DNA of 64,000 bases from Dimorphilus gyrociliatus. Its lineage: Eukaryota > Animalia > Annelida. The DNA lies in NCBI GenBank assembly GCA_904063045.1, contig CAJFCJ010000019.1, positions 1,044,570 through 1,108,569 on the forward strand, in the 5' to 3' direction. Numbering within the stretch: position 1 is the stretch's first letter; each line of letters begins with the position of its first letter. Made by a program: the position numbers and the translations under genes. The notes under the pieces are model-generated. The model saw nothing but the letters and a program-made list of their open reading frames with translations, made no database searches and had not been told where the DNA came from. Below are positions 25,143 through 36,794 of the stretch, one piece after another.

Positions 25143-28100
25143 TTATGCGTAAAGTGAGTCTGGATAGAAAACTGGGAGTAATTCTTGTAAACATTCGATA
25201 CAGCCCTTATTATTTTCGGATAAGAGCCTTTTCCCAAAATCAACATAGTTCTTTAAATTTGAAGCAAAGGAGACATCTGATAGTTCGCACTTGCCCAAAC
25301 TTGATGCTAAGATGCAGGCAAACAATCTAAGCTTCTGAGACAAGGGGGCTGCATTCTTCAAACGTAACGTTACAAGAATAGAATTCGGAGTAGATGCATT
25401 AGCTATTTCTTCTAATATGGGAGCGAACTCCATCGAATTTTTCAACAATGCCAAACGCCATAGTTGAATGACTTTAGGTTCATTTTCCGGTTTTAAATCC
25501 CTGAGTTTTCTAGTGTATGAAGTAACTGATTCCATAAATCTACCTGGTTCTTCGCGTTTAGCCATAAGACATAGAACTAGAATACACTTTAAAAAAAAGA
25601 AGGCTTATTAAAAGACGTTCTCATTAATATCATGTTACACCTGTCTTTTACCTGATTCTTTATGCAAACGTCAGAAAATTCACCAAGTGAAGGAGTTCTG
25701 AAAAATGATGCAAGACTATCCAATGAAGTATGTCCATTTTTTTCAAAGGCACATTCGGCGCTGGCTTCAACAATTCTACATGTACTTTCCAAAGACGCTA
25801 AACCCTTGCAAGCTGAGTCAACAATTTCTGTTGTAATATTTGTTCCACCTCGTGCCCAGTCGATTGCGACATTTAGTAGTTGTTTTTCAGAGGTGGGATT
25901 ACATATGTTAAGAGCAGATAAACAATTCGGTATGCATTCTGGTCTATTTTCTGCTTTTTGTAAAAGGTTTGCGTAAATAATACTCGTCTTATCAGCTTCC
26001 TTCGAAATTTCACCAACAAATTCAGCTAATATTGTCATATATTCTCTCGCAAAATTACAAGAATCTTGTACGCGACAAACGGACCAAATTAATTCCAAAA
26101 GACCATAATGCAAACTTGTTCTATCCGATAAAAGACAGTCAGCTGAATATACTCGTTTAAATTCTTTTAGACAATTGATTAGATCTTCATTCGCCACCTT
26201 GGACCAATCCCACGTACGAGCAATTACTAGTAAATTAAATAAATCATCACGATTCTGAGTATTCTCGGCACAGATACTATTAAACAGAAGTAATATTACT
26301 CCCAATAAAGAAGGATTTGTAGCCAATTTCGTCAGAGGCAAGCGATTGATAACTTTCAATAAAAAGTATCTTGGCATTTCGACTAATGTATGCAACATTT
26401 CCTGGTCTTCAAAGTCAAAGTTTTCCCAAGTCAAATTTTCAAAGACTGGTAGAAGATCGGAACGAACGTTTCCAGTCCAACCGGAAGTCAATTCAAATAT
26501 CGTCATCCAACCGCACCGCAATAAATCGAATTCAGTAATAGCCTCTGCGTATGTTTTGGCCATTAGCTGAGCGTAACGAACGTGAACATCGCTTTCGTAT
26601 GGTTGTTGGGGAACAGATTTCGATTTATCGGCAATTAACCAAGGTGACAAAACTCCGTTTATTAGGCCGAATAATTGGTCCTTATCAGCAACATTTCTTA
26701 GAAGCGTCATAATAAGTTTCGCCATATGCTTCATATAGTTTCTCCAAATGTCATAGAGATTAGAGCCACTTGATCTCTGCCTAAGCCATGTCGACTCCAA
26801 TGATCTTAAGACATTTGAGCAATTCAATCTGTACCCGATCGAAATGTCAATATGTAGCCAAACTTCATCTTTAAGTTCGCCTCTGGAACAGGCCTGAATG
26901 AAAGAATCAATAGCTTGGGAATAACCAAAAGACGTTAATTTGGCTGCGTGCATGCAATAAATTCCAGAAAGTTCGGGATTGTGGATAATACCGCTGACAA
27001 TTGTTTTTACAATACGATTAATCTGCTTTATATCTGGTGTGGTCGTAAGCCAAATGTCAAAGTCAAAACGATTGAGTAGAGGTCGAGCACTTTCGGGAGA
27101 ATAAGCTTTCCCAATTTCGCCGACTTCATCGTAAAAGTTAGAAAATTCCTCTGGGACATTGTTGACATTAAATGCCGAACAAAGTAATGGGGAAAGAGTT
27201 TTAGGCCTACAAAGTATACACTTGATTATGTGATGAAGACCATTTGGAACTGCCAACATTGCAGATTCGCCCAATTTACCAACAATGCTTGCAAAAAGAT
27301 TATTAGTTGGTGGCCATATTTCAGTTTCGTCTGACATAGATAATGAAATAAGCTGCAAAAGTTCCATAGCAGCACTACCTGCAACTTCTCTTTCGGTGGC
27401 CGACACAGTCGTTTTGATTAAATGTACTAGATTGGCCGTTACAGCGTTTAATTTGGTAACACTTAAACAAACAACCTTAGATGATTTTTCAACAGTTTCC
27501 ATTATCAAATGTGAATGATCTGAACGATTATCAGACACTCTTTTTTGAGTGTAATCCCTTACATGAGTTATTTCAGTTTGAAAGCTTATGCCCGCGGCAC
27601 CTAAAATTTTTTTTAAAGTATAAATCATCACACATTTAATGAAGAATAACAAACCTGAGCATGATCGATATGGCAAAATACTTGAACATTCCTTTGCAAC
27701 AGTTATTTTCTCGCTTATATAGTAAAACAGATTTGGTAGAAGTTCCTCGAGTAGTTCCATATCCACGACAACAAGTTTTGCAGCCCTACCACTGGCCCTA
27801 CTAGCAGCATCTGTTAAAATTCCTATTTCCGATCTGCAGCTTGCTAACAACGCATCTTTATTGGTTAAAATATTAAAAGGAATAGGCTCAATTGGAGGCT
27901 GACTCCAATCAAATGAGTACGAAGCTATAATCGTATTTTTTTCAGTGTCCACATGAAGCTTAAAACGACTAAGAGGAGTTGTTCTGTCTGGTTTATCAGT
28001 TGGTGGGAGATCGTACATCGGTTGAACAATATTCCTCCAAGGTTTACTAGTTTGATCTAATAATTTATCCAAATCAGCGAATGAAAAGTTTTGATGAATT

Positions 28101-31100
28101 TCAGGTACTCTATACACGATGAAAACAGTCATGTAAAATAGTTGATAAATAATTGAACATACAAAACATATTATAAACGGTATACCTGTTTAACTTTGGA
28201 TTATCTATCCATTTAAACATGTCAATAGCAGAATTTCCTGAAGTGCTTAAACGGTCCTTCAGCCTCTTATATAGTTTAGTATTTGTTTTGAGTATGAGTG
28301 CTCCAGTGGTTCCATATTTTGTTAGTTCACTCCAAAAAATTGGTGTCAGGGAATGATCTTTACAAATAATTATTATCTCTGCCAATTCGAATATTACTGA
28401 ACGTTCTAAACCAGATTTCGTAAGTATTTTCTTCGGACTTTCGCTATGATTCAAATGTTTCCATTTTTCTTCTTCTAATTTACTTTTAGCACCCAACCAG
28501 AAATATGCAAAAAAGAATCTTTTGTCAAATACTGATGTTTTAGATGAAAACCATGAAGCTAGTGATCCTATTAAGCCTTTGGGCTGTTCGAGGATAGTAT
28601 TGTTCACATGATCGTCGAAAAAAGATACTTTTGTTGGTGAATATCTATAAATGGCAGAGCATAGTAGCTCTAAGGCATCCATAACCTCTGGTATGACGTA
28701 CCAATCCGCAATATTTGTTATAATTTTAACCCACCAATCAGCAGTTGTTGGATCGCGTATAATATGAGAAACAATAATTGATTTGATCAATTTTGAAGCT
28801 TCGGGTTCTATTAATAGTGTTTTAATGATTTCCAAAGAGAATTTCTTAGGAAAATCTGGTTTATGGGTGTCTAAACTGTCTAGACATTTTAAAACTGCAA
28901 TTATATGCCCATCTTGCAATAGATACTTCATTATTTCCATTAAATCTACTAAAACAGATTCTGTTATTGCTCCTTCCTTAATTTTAGTTATAAAATGAAA
29001 CATTTTATCTAGATGAAGTGTTTTTTCAATTTTCTCCAAGCTAAGAACTTGAACAAAATGAAGCTGAACAGCAACCTTCCATACCCAACTTTGAGGAAAT
29101 AGCTCTTTAAGTAGAATCTTATAGACCCAATAATGCAATTCCGAACTTAAGAATCTCCAGGGAATTTTTGATAATATCATCTGTCCAACTGTCTTATCTA
29201 TAGCTAATAATTCCTCTAATAGCTTTGTTTCCAGATTTCTCCAGGGTTCCACTGGGATATAGTGCCAGATTTTAGCCATCTTTGTTGGGAATTTTAAAGA
29301 TAAGCGAAGCAATGTATTCAAAACAATGTCAGGACTTGTTGATATGAGTTCAGATAGAAGGGTAATAGCTAGTTTTGTTTCTTCTTCCCTTAATACAAAT
29401 AGTTCAACAACATCCAGACAGGCGGCAGCAGCCATTTGAACTGGGTGCTGTTTACACAAATTTACCAAGGCAGTTAAGAAATAATGGGGTCCCTCTAGAC
29501 GTTCAATCTGCTGAGTAACATCATCTTTACGGATAATGAAGGCGCAGTTAGCCGCTGCAGTGGGTGAAATGTTATTAAATGGCAAAGATGACGAAAATCT
29601 GCATAATCTATAGAGATAAAAAAAAATTTCTATTATATGATAATGTATGTTATTTTTTAATGTTTTACCTTCTTGTTGACATTAACACCTCGGTGCAATG
29701 CAAAATGATAGCGTCATAAGTGTTCGAGAAGTTGGAACTTTGCTTTATACGACAGTCACTTCCGATTACTTTTGAAAGTTGCCTATTTGGATAAGAAAAA
29801 TACAAAAACATCAATGGTATTCGTTTAAGAAGCATAAAAATAAAGTATTCAACAACACTAATAAGTATTGACTTACAATAACAACACTGCAATCCTTTCC
29901 TGTGCTGTACCGCACGATTCGTATTCCTTGGTAACATTTTCTAATATTTGACAAACATGTTCTACGCAAGCCATCATAACCTCACAATCATAAGAACCAC
30001 TATCTAATTTTTGATATATTGATTGCCTCACAGGAACTTGATCGAGAAATGCTAAGAGGACTTTTTCAGTCCTTGATTCAATCTCTCCGAGATTATCTAT
30101 AATAAGCCATTCCTCATCTAAACTAGCGTCTCTCTTTTCCATGTTTTCAGGCCTTTTTGTTATGATATGTAATGATTTCATTACTAAATCAATATACGAT
30201 GGGTTAACTTGAATGAAATTGGCTGTCCATGAAGCTTGAGATCTTACAGCCAATTCAACTATCTCTAACACTTCATACGGGTCTTGAATGGTATTGTGCC
30301 AGGCTGTTATAAGAAGACTGATCCAACGTCGAACGTCTTTCTGTTTTGAAGAAATAAATAATTATGTTATTTGGCTTTAGAGTATACCAAGATAAAGATG
30401 TCTACTTACATGTACAACATCACTTTCACCAAAACGTGTATATCCCCAAAATTGTTTTATTGCATTCTTAATATATACTGCATGAGGATTTACACATAAA
30501 CCGTAAACATGAGAATCTAGCTCTAAACGAGCGATTCGAGCTGAGTGAATATGAACATTTGTAACGGCTGAATTACGTAAATCAGTTAAGGAGGATTGTA
30601 ACTTTTCAAAAGCAATCTTATCGAATTCTTTTATCTCAAAAGTGTGCGTTACTTTAACATTATTTCCGTCAGCGCATTTACCATATTTTTCTGTCACTCT
30701 TGTAACAGTTTTCCAGACTAACTCTTGTTCCTTTTTAGATAGTTTCAATTTATCTTCGACTTCTTGTTGAGAAACTATTGCCTTTTTTGTTTCTGCAGCA
30801 TAAGTCTCAATTAATTGGCGTAAATGACCGTCACCATCTGAAACGGGATCGTATTCTAACCACTTAAGAGCTATATCCTCTTGCCATCTTTCAGAAATGT
30901 ATTTTGAATTATTATGACTCATTGTTGTAATGAGATCATGCGAAGGTTTAGGATATAGAGACTGAGCTGCCGCTGTTAATGAGGTGATTTTCATAACGTC
31001 AAACGGCATCGAATCAAAAGGTGCTGAAGCTGGTTTAATAACTTTCATCCGCTCTTTTGCAATTTCCATATTATCGTGAGTGGTTGTAATTGCTTCAGAT

Positions 31101-31606
31101 CCCATTTCAGCGGAGTTCTCTAACTTTAAGTCCTCTCCATCGATATCATCTTGTTCAGATATTGAAGGATAAGTCTTTTTCTCGTCAGTAGGGACGCCAA
31201 CGACGAGTGACTCAACACCAACTGAGATGTTATCGGGTTCGCCTGATTGACTATTTTGTTTTTCTAATCCATGGAAGTCCTCTAACGTTACGGAGGGTGG
31301 GGGTTCGCCAATCTGAAAAGTTTTTATAATATAGAAGACATTATGACCAACAATTAATTTTAACTATTAAGTTAAAGATACAGGCATTTTACTGAGTGAG
31401 CGTCAGCTGATAAACATAGTTTCGCAATTGCGACATAGATTTCACAAGTAAATTTTAGTTACATCGAATGATTTATGTACATAAAAATAGAGACTATATA
31501 ACAATTATTTAATTATCTATATTATAACTTCGACTTGAGTTATTTCGCTGGGTTGTTTACATACATTTTGAATTTGGCTTTTCTTTGTTCTAATTTTCTC
31601 TGCCAT
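25143..31606 (-). CDS. EPG5: Ectopic P granules protein 5 (autophagosome-lysosome tether), 7 exons, about 1948 aa
   Basis: Exons 31606-31565, 31312-30410, 30340-29877, 29782-29669, 29607-28186, 28109-25652, 25586-25143 give 5847 nt in frame. Segments ELVWKT...GKCADGNNVKVTHTF...RLELDSHVYGL and ELLPNLFYY...ITVAKECS resemble EPG5; MAEK start and FYP..LY end. Exon 1 is the least certain. Confidence 0.85.
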
Positions 31607-31840
31607 TCTAGTTTATTATGATCACGTGGTACTAAGTAAAGATTTCGTAAAAAAATATATTTTTCAGAATATCTATTGTTATTTATTTAATTTAATAATA
31701 TATTTAAGTTAATGTGAAAGAGCCAAGTTATTGCTTAAAATCCATTGAACGATAATTAGAAAGTTTTTGTTAGCCTTGACCTTGCCTAAGGTTTCTTGCC
31801 TTGTCCAAACCGAAAAGCAGGCTTTCAACGAATTCTGACC

Positions 31841-32707
31841 ATGTCAGTTCTAGGAAATCTGCTGAAAGGAGTTTTAAAATTCTCAAAAAATGTTCAGCCA
31901 TCGTTAGTGAAACGTCTTGCAGAACTTCAGAAACAACCACAGGTATAATCTTTGAAGGTTAAATTATTCTTACTTTTTGACCATCTTAGATCAACCTTTC
32001 AGACGAAAGCTGTTATGTTCTCATGTATGGATAGTCGCGTCCTGACGTCCGATATTATGCAAACCGAACCTGGCGATATGTTCATTATCCGAAACGCCGG
32101 AAACTTTATACCAAAAGGAGAAGGAGCTGAGTCGTCCACTGAAGGTGGAGCGCTGGAGTTGGGGTGCGTTATAAACAAAATTCGTCATGTTATAGTCTGT
32201 GGTCATTCAGATTGTAAGGTGTGATAAGTGAAATTTATCAACTTTTTCTAGTATCTTTAAATTTCGTATTACGGTTCACACCAGGCAATGCACGCGCTAT
32301 ATGGAATGAGGGATATAATCAATGAACCAAAGAAGGAATCTCCTTTAACCTCTTGGATACAAAAGTGTGGGAAGCCTACTCTTAAGAAATTTGGCGAACT
32401 AGAGAAATCCGATGGTCGTGGACCAATATCATTCTCAGAAGAATTAAAGCCATTCACCGCTAAAATAGATACATCATTTTCGACTGTCGATCGTTTATCA
32501 ATGGTGAATACTTTACAACAAATAAGTCATATATCAGCTTTTCCAATAATCAAGAAAAGCTTAGAGGAAGGTCATATTAAGATTCACGCACTGTGGTTCA
32601 ATACTTTCACTGGAGATGTCCTTATGTTTAGCAGACAAAAAGGAGAATTTATAAACATAACCGAAGATACCTATTTAGATTTGGCACAAGATGGAGAATC
32701 GTATTAA
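31841..32707 (+). CDS. Beta-class carbonic anhydrase, 3 exons, 246 aa
   Basis: Exons 31841-31942, 32003-32218, 32285-32707. Zinc ligands in FSCMDSR (CxDxR) and VCGHSDC (HxxC); IRNAGN motif. The family occurs in invertebrates and is absent from vertebrates. Confidence 0.95.
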
Positions 32708-32913
32708 AGATTGCATTCTGGAAAAGTGTTGAAATGGATATACCTAGATCAATTATAATTTCGCAATAAACTTTTCAAGTTATCTTTCTTTTATTTATTA
32801 TCTTGCTTAGCTTCATTACATTACAAGCCGGTTATCTAGTATTAGTGAAAGATAATAACAAACAGTGTAATATAAAACTTTGCTTTTATAATTATCTTGC
32901 AGACTATTGGCTG

Positions 32914-34221
32914 TTAAACTTTTTCCAAAGCCATACGAAGATCTTCAAGCAAATCTTCTTCATCTTCTAATCCAACACTGAAAGGGGAAATATTTTAGTT
33001 TTTACAGTTTTTTTTTTAAACTCACTCCCTATCTTACCTTAATCTGATTAATCCAGACGTTATTCGAGCCTTCTTTCTCTCCTCATCATCCATAATCATT
33101 GGGCCATGGGTCATCGAAGCTGGATGGGAAATTAGGCTATCAACACCTCCAAGAGATACACCCAAGTTGATCACTTTTAGTGATTCGACCATCGCTCTGG
33201 CTCCTTCCAAGCCATTTTTCATTTCAAACGAAACCATTCCGCCATAACCGTCTTTCATTTGTTGTTTTGCAATTTCATGGCCTGGATGAGATTGCAATCC
33301 AGGATAAAAAACTCTAGATATTTTATCTTTTCTACTTTCAAGATATCTAGCAATACTCAAAGCGTTGTCCGAATGTCGCTTCATACGTATTGGAAGAGTT
33401 TTCAAACCTCTCAGTAGTAGGGCAGCTTCATGGGGAGATAAATTTGATCCAAGTTCAGATCTAGTAATTTGTAACTCTGACCACAGCGCTTGACTGTTTG
33501 TAGCAGCTACACCACCCATTAGATCAGAATGGCCCCCCATGTATTTCGTGGCACTATGTACGACAATATCAATACCGTAATTAAGCGGTTTAGTTATGGT
33601 CGGAGATGCAAAAGTTGAATCAATAATTGTGATTATTTGGTGCTTCTTACCAAGTTCGCCAAAGCGTTTTAAGTCAAGAACGGCCATGTCTGGATTGCAC
33701 GGTGTCTCACCGTATAGTACTTTTGTTTCTGGCTTTATTTCGGCAGCCCATACCTCAATTGGTGAGCCAGCCGGAATATATGTTGTAGTAACGTTTAGTC
33801 TAGATAAGTATGTAGAAAGAAATTTATACGTCCCGCTATATACAGGATTTTGACAGATTACATGGTCACCAGACTTCAAGATGGAGATCAATATAGACGA
33901 TATAGCTGCCATACCAGTATTGAAGGTAAGGGACCCATAAGCTTCCTCCAAAGCAGAAACTGTTGCTTCAACAGCTTGACAAGTAGGATTTCCAAGTCTT
34001 GAATAAATATAGCCATCTTCCTTCAGAATTTTCAAATAATCTTCAACAGATTCTATTTCAAAGGTAGATGAGTGGCATATTGCTGGAACAACAGGTTTTA
34101 CAACACTCTTAAGCTTAGGTTTAGTACAAATAGCTTTAGTATTTTCTCCAATTTGAGATAGTTTAAAATCTCTTAGTTTATCAGCCAAATCGGCTTCAAT
34201 AGGTGTCCAGTGGGAGCTCAT
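32914..34221 (-). CDS. PLP-dependent Cys/Met-metabolism lyase (methionine gamma-lyase / cystathionine gamma-lyase-like), 2 exons, 415 aa
   Basis: Exons 34221-33038 and 32977-32914, 60-nt intron. YIYSRLGNPT, TFNTGMAAI, ETPCNP, DSTFASP, PLP lysine in HSATKYMGGHSD, SLGGVDSLISHP, LIRLSVGLED. Confidence 0.9.
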
Positions 34222-35009
34222 AGCTTACGGATATTCAAATTCGTTATGAAGTCAACTTTCAGAGAACGAGCAGATGTTCAGAATCAATAACAAGGCCTAA
34301 CTCAAAATAGTGCTTTCTACACTATAATTGTTCAAAGAAAAATAATAAAAACGTTTATATAGGTTGAAATTGACACTGTTAACTATCAATAAAGTTTTAA
34401 AGCTATGAAAAAAAATAGCTTATTTATATTTTGCATTATACACTGTTAACAATAGATGAGAAACTTTCTCGGGTTCACTCATTTCGTCCTAGATTTGTGT
34501 TTCTATAAATATATATATATACTACTTTACCCCGTTCTCCACGCCTATATTTGAAGTTTAATAAAGAGAACGAGAGATGACAAAGTTAATATTTACCATA
34601 TACTTAGATTTTCTTATTGAAAGTTTGCTCAAGGTAATACTATGTATCCAATTGCGAATTTAGCACAGAATGCCACGTCATTAACTTGCTCTAATCGAGC
34701 TTTAAAACATTAAAATTTGGTCATAGCACAGAAAAAAGTCACTTTTTTCAGAGTTTTAGATTTTTATTTGAATGTAGAGATAACAATAAGAATCTTTAAA
34801 TATGTCAAAAGTATACATATTTTTTGATGCTTTCCAATCTTTAACTTTAAGTTTTATAATATTCCTAAACAAATTTTATTGCTTTATAAATCGATTAAAA
34901 TAATTAAATCTATGATTAAAAAACCATACTTTAAAAATTCTAGGAACGGATTACGTATCCCACTGACAAGTATATTTCGTTCGGATTGACCGCAAAGTCC
35001 TTGCTTCCA

Positions 35010-35632
35010 ATGGTAGGTTACTTCTGTTTTCTTTATTATTACAAATTAAAACACTTTCATTCTTGTATAAATAGTAAAAAATAATATTTAAGTTAGTTTA
35101 CTTTTGTTTTTAATTGAAAGATTTATTTAATAATCAGTAAATAAATGATATTCCCCAATATCGTTCATTTCCATGTTCTCACGTAACTATTTCGTAATTT
35201 CTCTATGTGGTTTACATTAGATTTTTAGATGTTAATTCTTTCCATTAAAACTAAATTTTATAACAGGCCACTAAATATTTGGCTCAAATTGTCTTCAATG
35301 GTACTCAAGTTGTTGGTCGAGCCTTTCTACGGTCAATTAGACAGGAGATAGAGGCTTCTCAAAGAGCTGCCAAAGCTCGAGCTAAAACTTCCCCAATTAG
35401 TAAAGAATCTGGTGACACAGTAACAGGAATAACTATCCAAGAAGCTCTACAAGTGCTAAACGTAAAGGATATTAAAGATGTAGAAGGAATAAACAAAAAC
35501 TATAAACACTTATTCGATATAAATTCCAAAACAAGAGGTGGTTCTCTATACCTTCAATCAAAAGTCGTACGAGCAAAAGAACGTATTTTTCAAGAAATTG
35601 CAAAAGTTAAACCTGAATTAGAAAAAAGTTAA
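35010..35632 (+). CDS. PAM16: Mitochondrial import motor subunit TIM16/PAM16 (Magmas)
   Basis: ATG-only first coding exon 35010-35012 followed by GTAGGT; exon 35267-35632 gives ATKYLAQIVFNGTQVVGRAF...EALQVLNV...GGSLYLQSKVVRAKERI. Confidence 0.93.
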
Positions 35633-35772
35633 TAAGCATATGAATTGTTTTTAAATATTTAGGCTATTTTGAATGTATATTAATGATAACGTCCTTGTAA
35701 ATATCTCAAAGTCATGTAATAAATAACTATAAAAAGTAAAGAAGTATTTTTGAAAATAACAGATGGCGTTAG

Positions 35773-36618
35773 ATGTATGTAAAAGTCCTTGACATAAGAC
35801 AAATGAATATGTTGCCTATCTATCGGAATATTTTGAAAAATATCTCCCTAATTCAATTAAGGCGATGCTCCTCCTTAACCTCTTGTGTAGAATCTAATCA
35901 AGGTAAAACAAGAACGATTGTTCTGAGCAATACAAAGAAACGAAATGCACTCTCTTCCCAAATGCTTGACGAACTTTTGAACCATGTAAAGAGCACCAGT
36001 GAAGAAAATAGAATTGTTGTTATACGATCATCAGGCAGCGTCTTTTCTGCCGGTCATGACCTCAAGGAATTGGTTGACTCAGATATCCAAGGTAAAGCAG
36101 CTGTATTTGAAAAATGTGAAGCTCTTATGAAAGCAATTAGATTGGCACCGGTACCCGTTTTAGCCGCTATTGACGGTTTAGCTACGGCTGCTGGGTGTCA
36201 AATAGTTGCTACCTGCGATCTTGCTGTGGCAACAAGGAATTCAAAGTTTGCAACACCGGGAGTTAAAGTTGGATTATTTTGCTCCACACCTGGTGTTCCA
36301 TTAGCAAGAAGCGTTCCCAGGAAAGTTGCCGCAGATATGTTATTCACCGGTCAGCCCATTACGGCTGAAGAAGCTCTTAGGTCGGGTTTAGTATCTAGAG
36401 TTGTCCGCAAAGAGGCATTGGATGATTGCATTAATGAAATCGTATCTGACGTTTGTGGTGTTGACCGAAGTGTTATATCGTTAGGCAAAAAGGCTTTCTA
36501 CGAGCAAATTAATCTTCCAGAGGACGAGGCCTTGTCAAAGTCTTCTTGTGTTATGTTAACGAACCTTGAGTATAATGCAGCGCAAGATGGTATTGCTAAA
36601 TTCTTAAAAAGAAAGTGA
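35773..36618 (+). CDS. ECHDC3: Enoyl-CoA hydratase domain-containing protein 3 (crotonase fold), intronless
   Basis: VFSAGHDLKEL, GLATAAGCQIVATCD, FATPGVKVGLFCSTPGV, MLFTGQPITAEEAL. The start could be 35773 or a downstream ATG. Confidence 0.92.
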   Translation: MYVKVLDIRQMNMLPIYRNILKNISLIQLRRCSSLTSCVESNQGKTRTIVLSNTKKRNALSSQMLDELLNHVKSTSEENRIVVIRSSGSVFSAGHDLKELVDSDIQGKAAVFEKCEALMKAIRLAPVPVLAAIDGLATAAGCQIVATCDLAVATRNSKFATPGVKVGLFCSTPGVPLARSVPRKVAADMLFTGQPITAEEALRSGLVSRVVRKEALDDCINEIVSDVCGVDRSVISLGKKAFYEQINLPEDEALSKSSCVMLTNLEYNAAQDGIAKFLKRK

Positions 36619-36794
36619 GATATTTTTCCCACTTGCTTGTTCAAGATAAATTGATTCTAATTGAATATTGAATTATCTATAATAAATTCAAAAAAATTGA
36701 TTATACCTGTTAATTGACATAATTTTTATATTTCACAATCAATTTCAATAATAAACAAGAACGTAAACTCAAGAAACTGTACACGAAAAAGAAG

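Noticed and set aside
32914-34221. Bacterial contamination as the source of the MGL-like gene (and of intronless GALT and ECHDC3)
   Set aside because: The MGL-like gene has a spliceosomal intron; all three have host-like composition and are contiguous with intron-containing animal genes.
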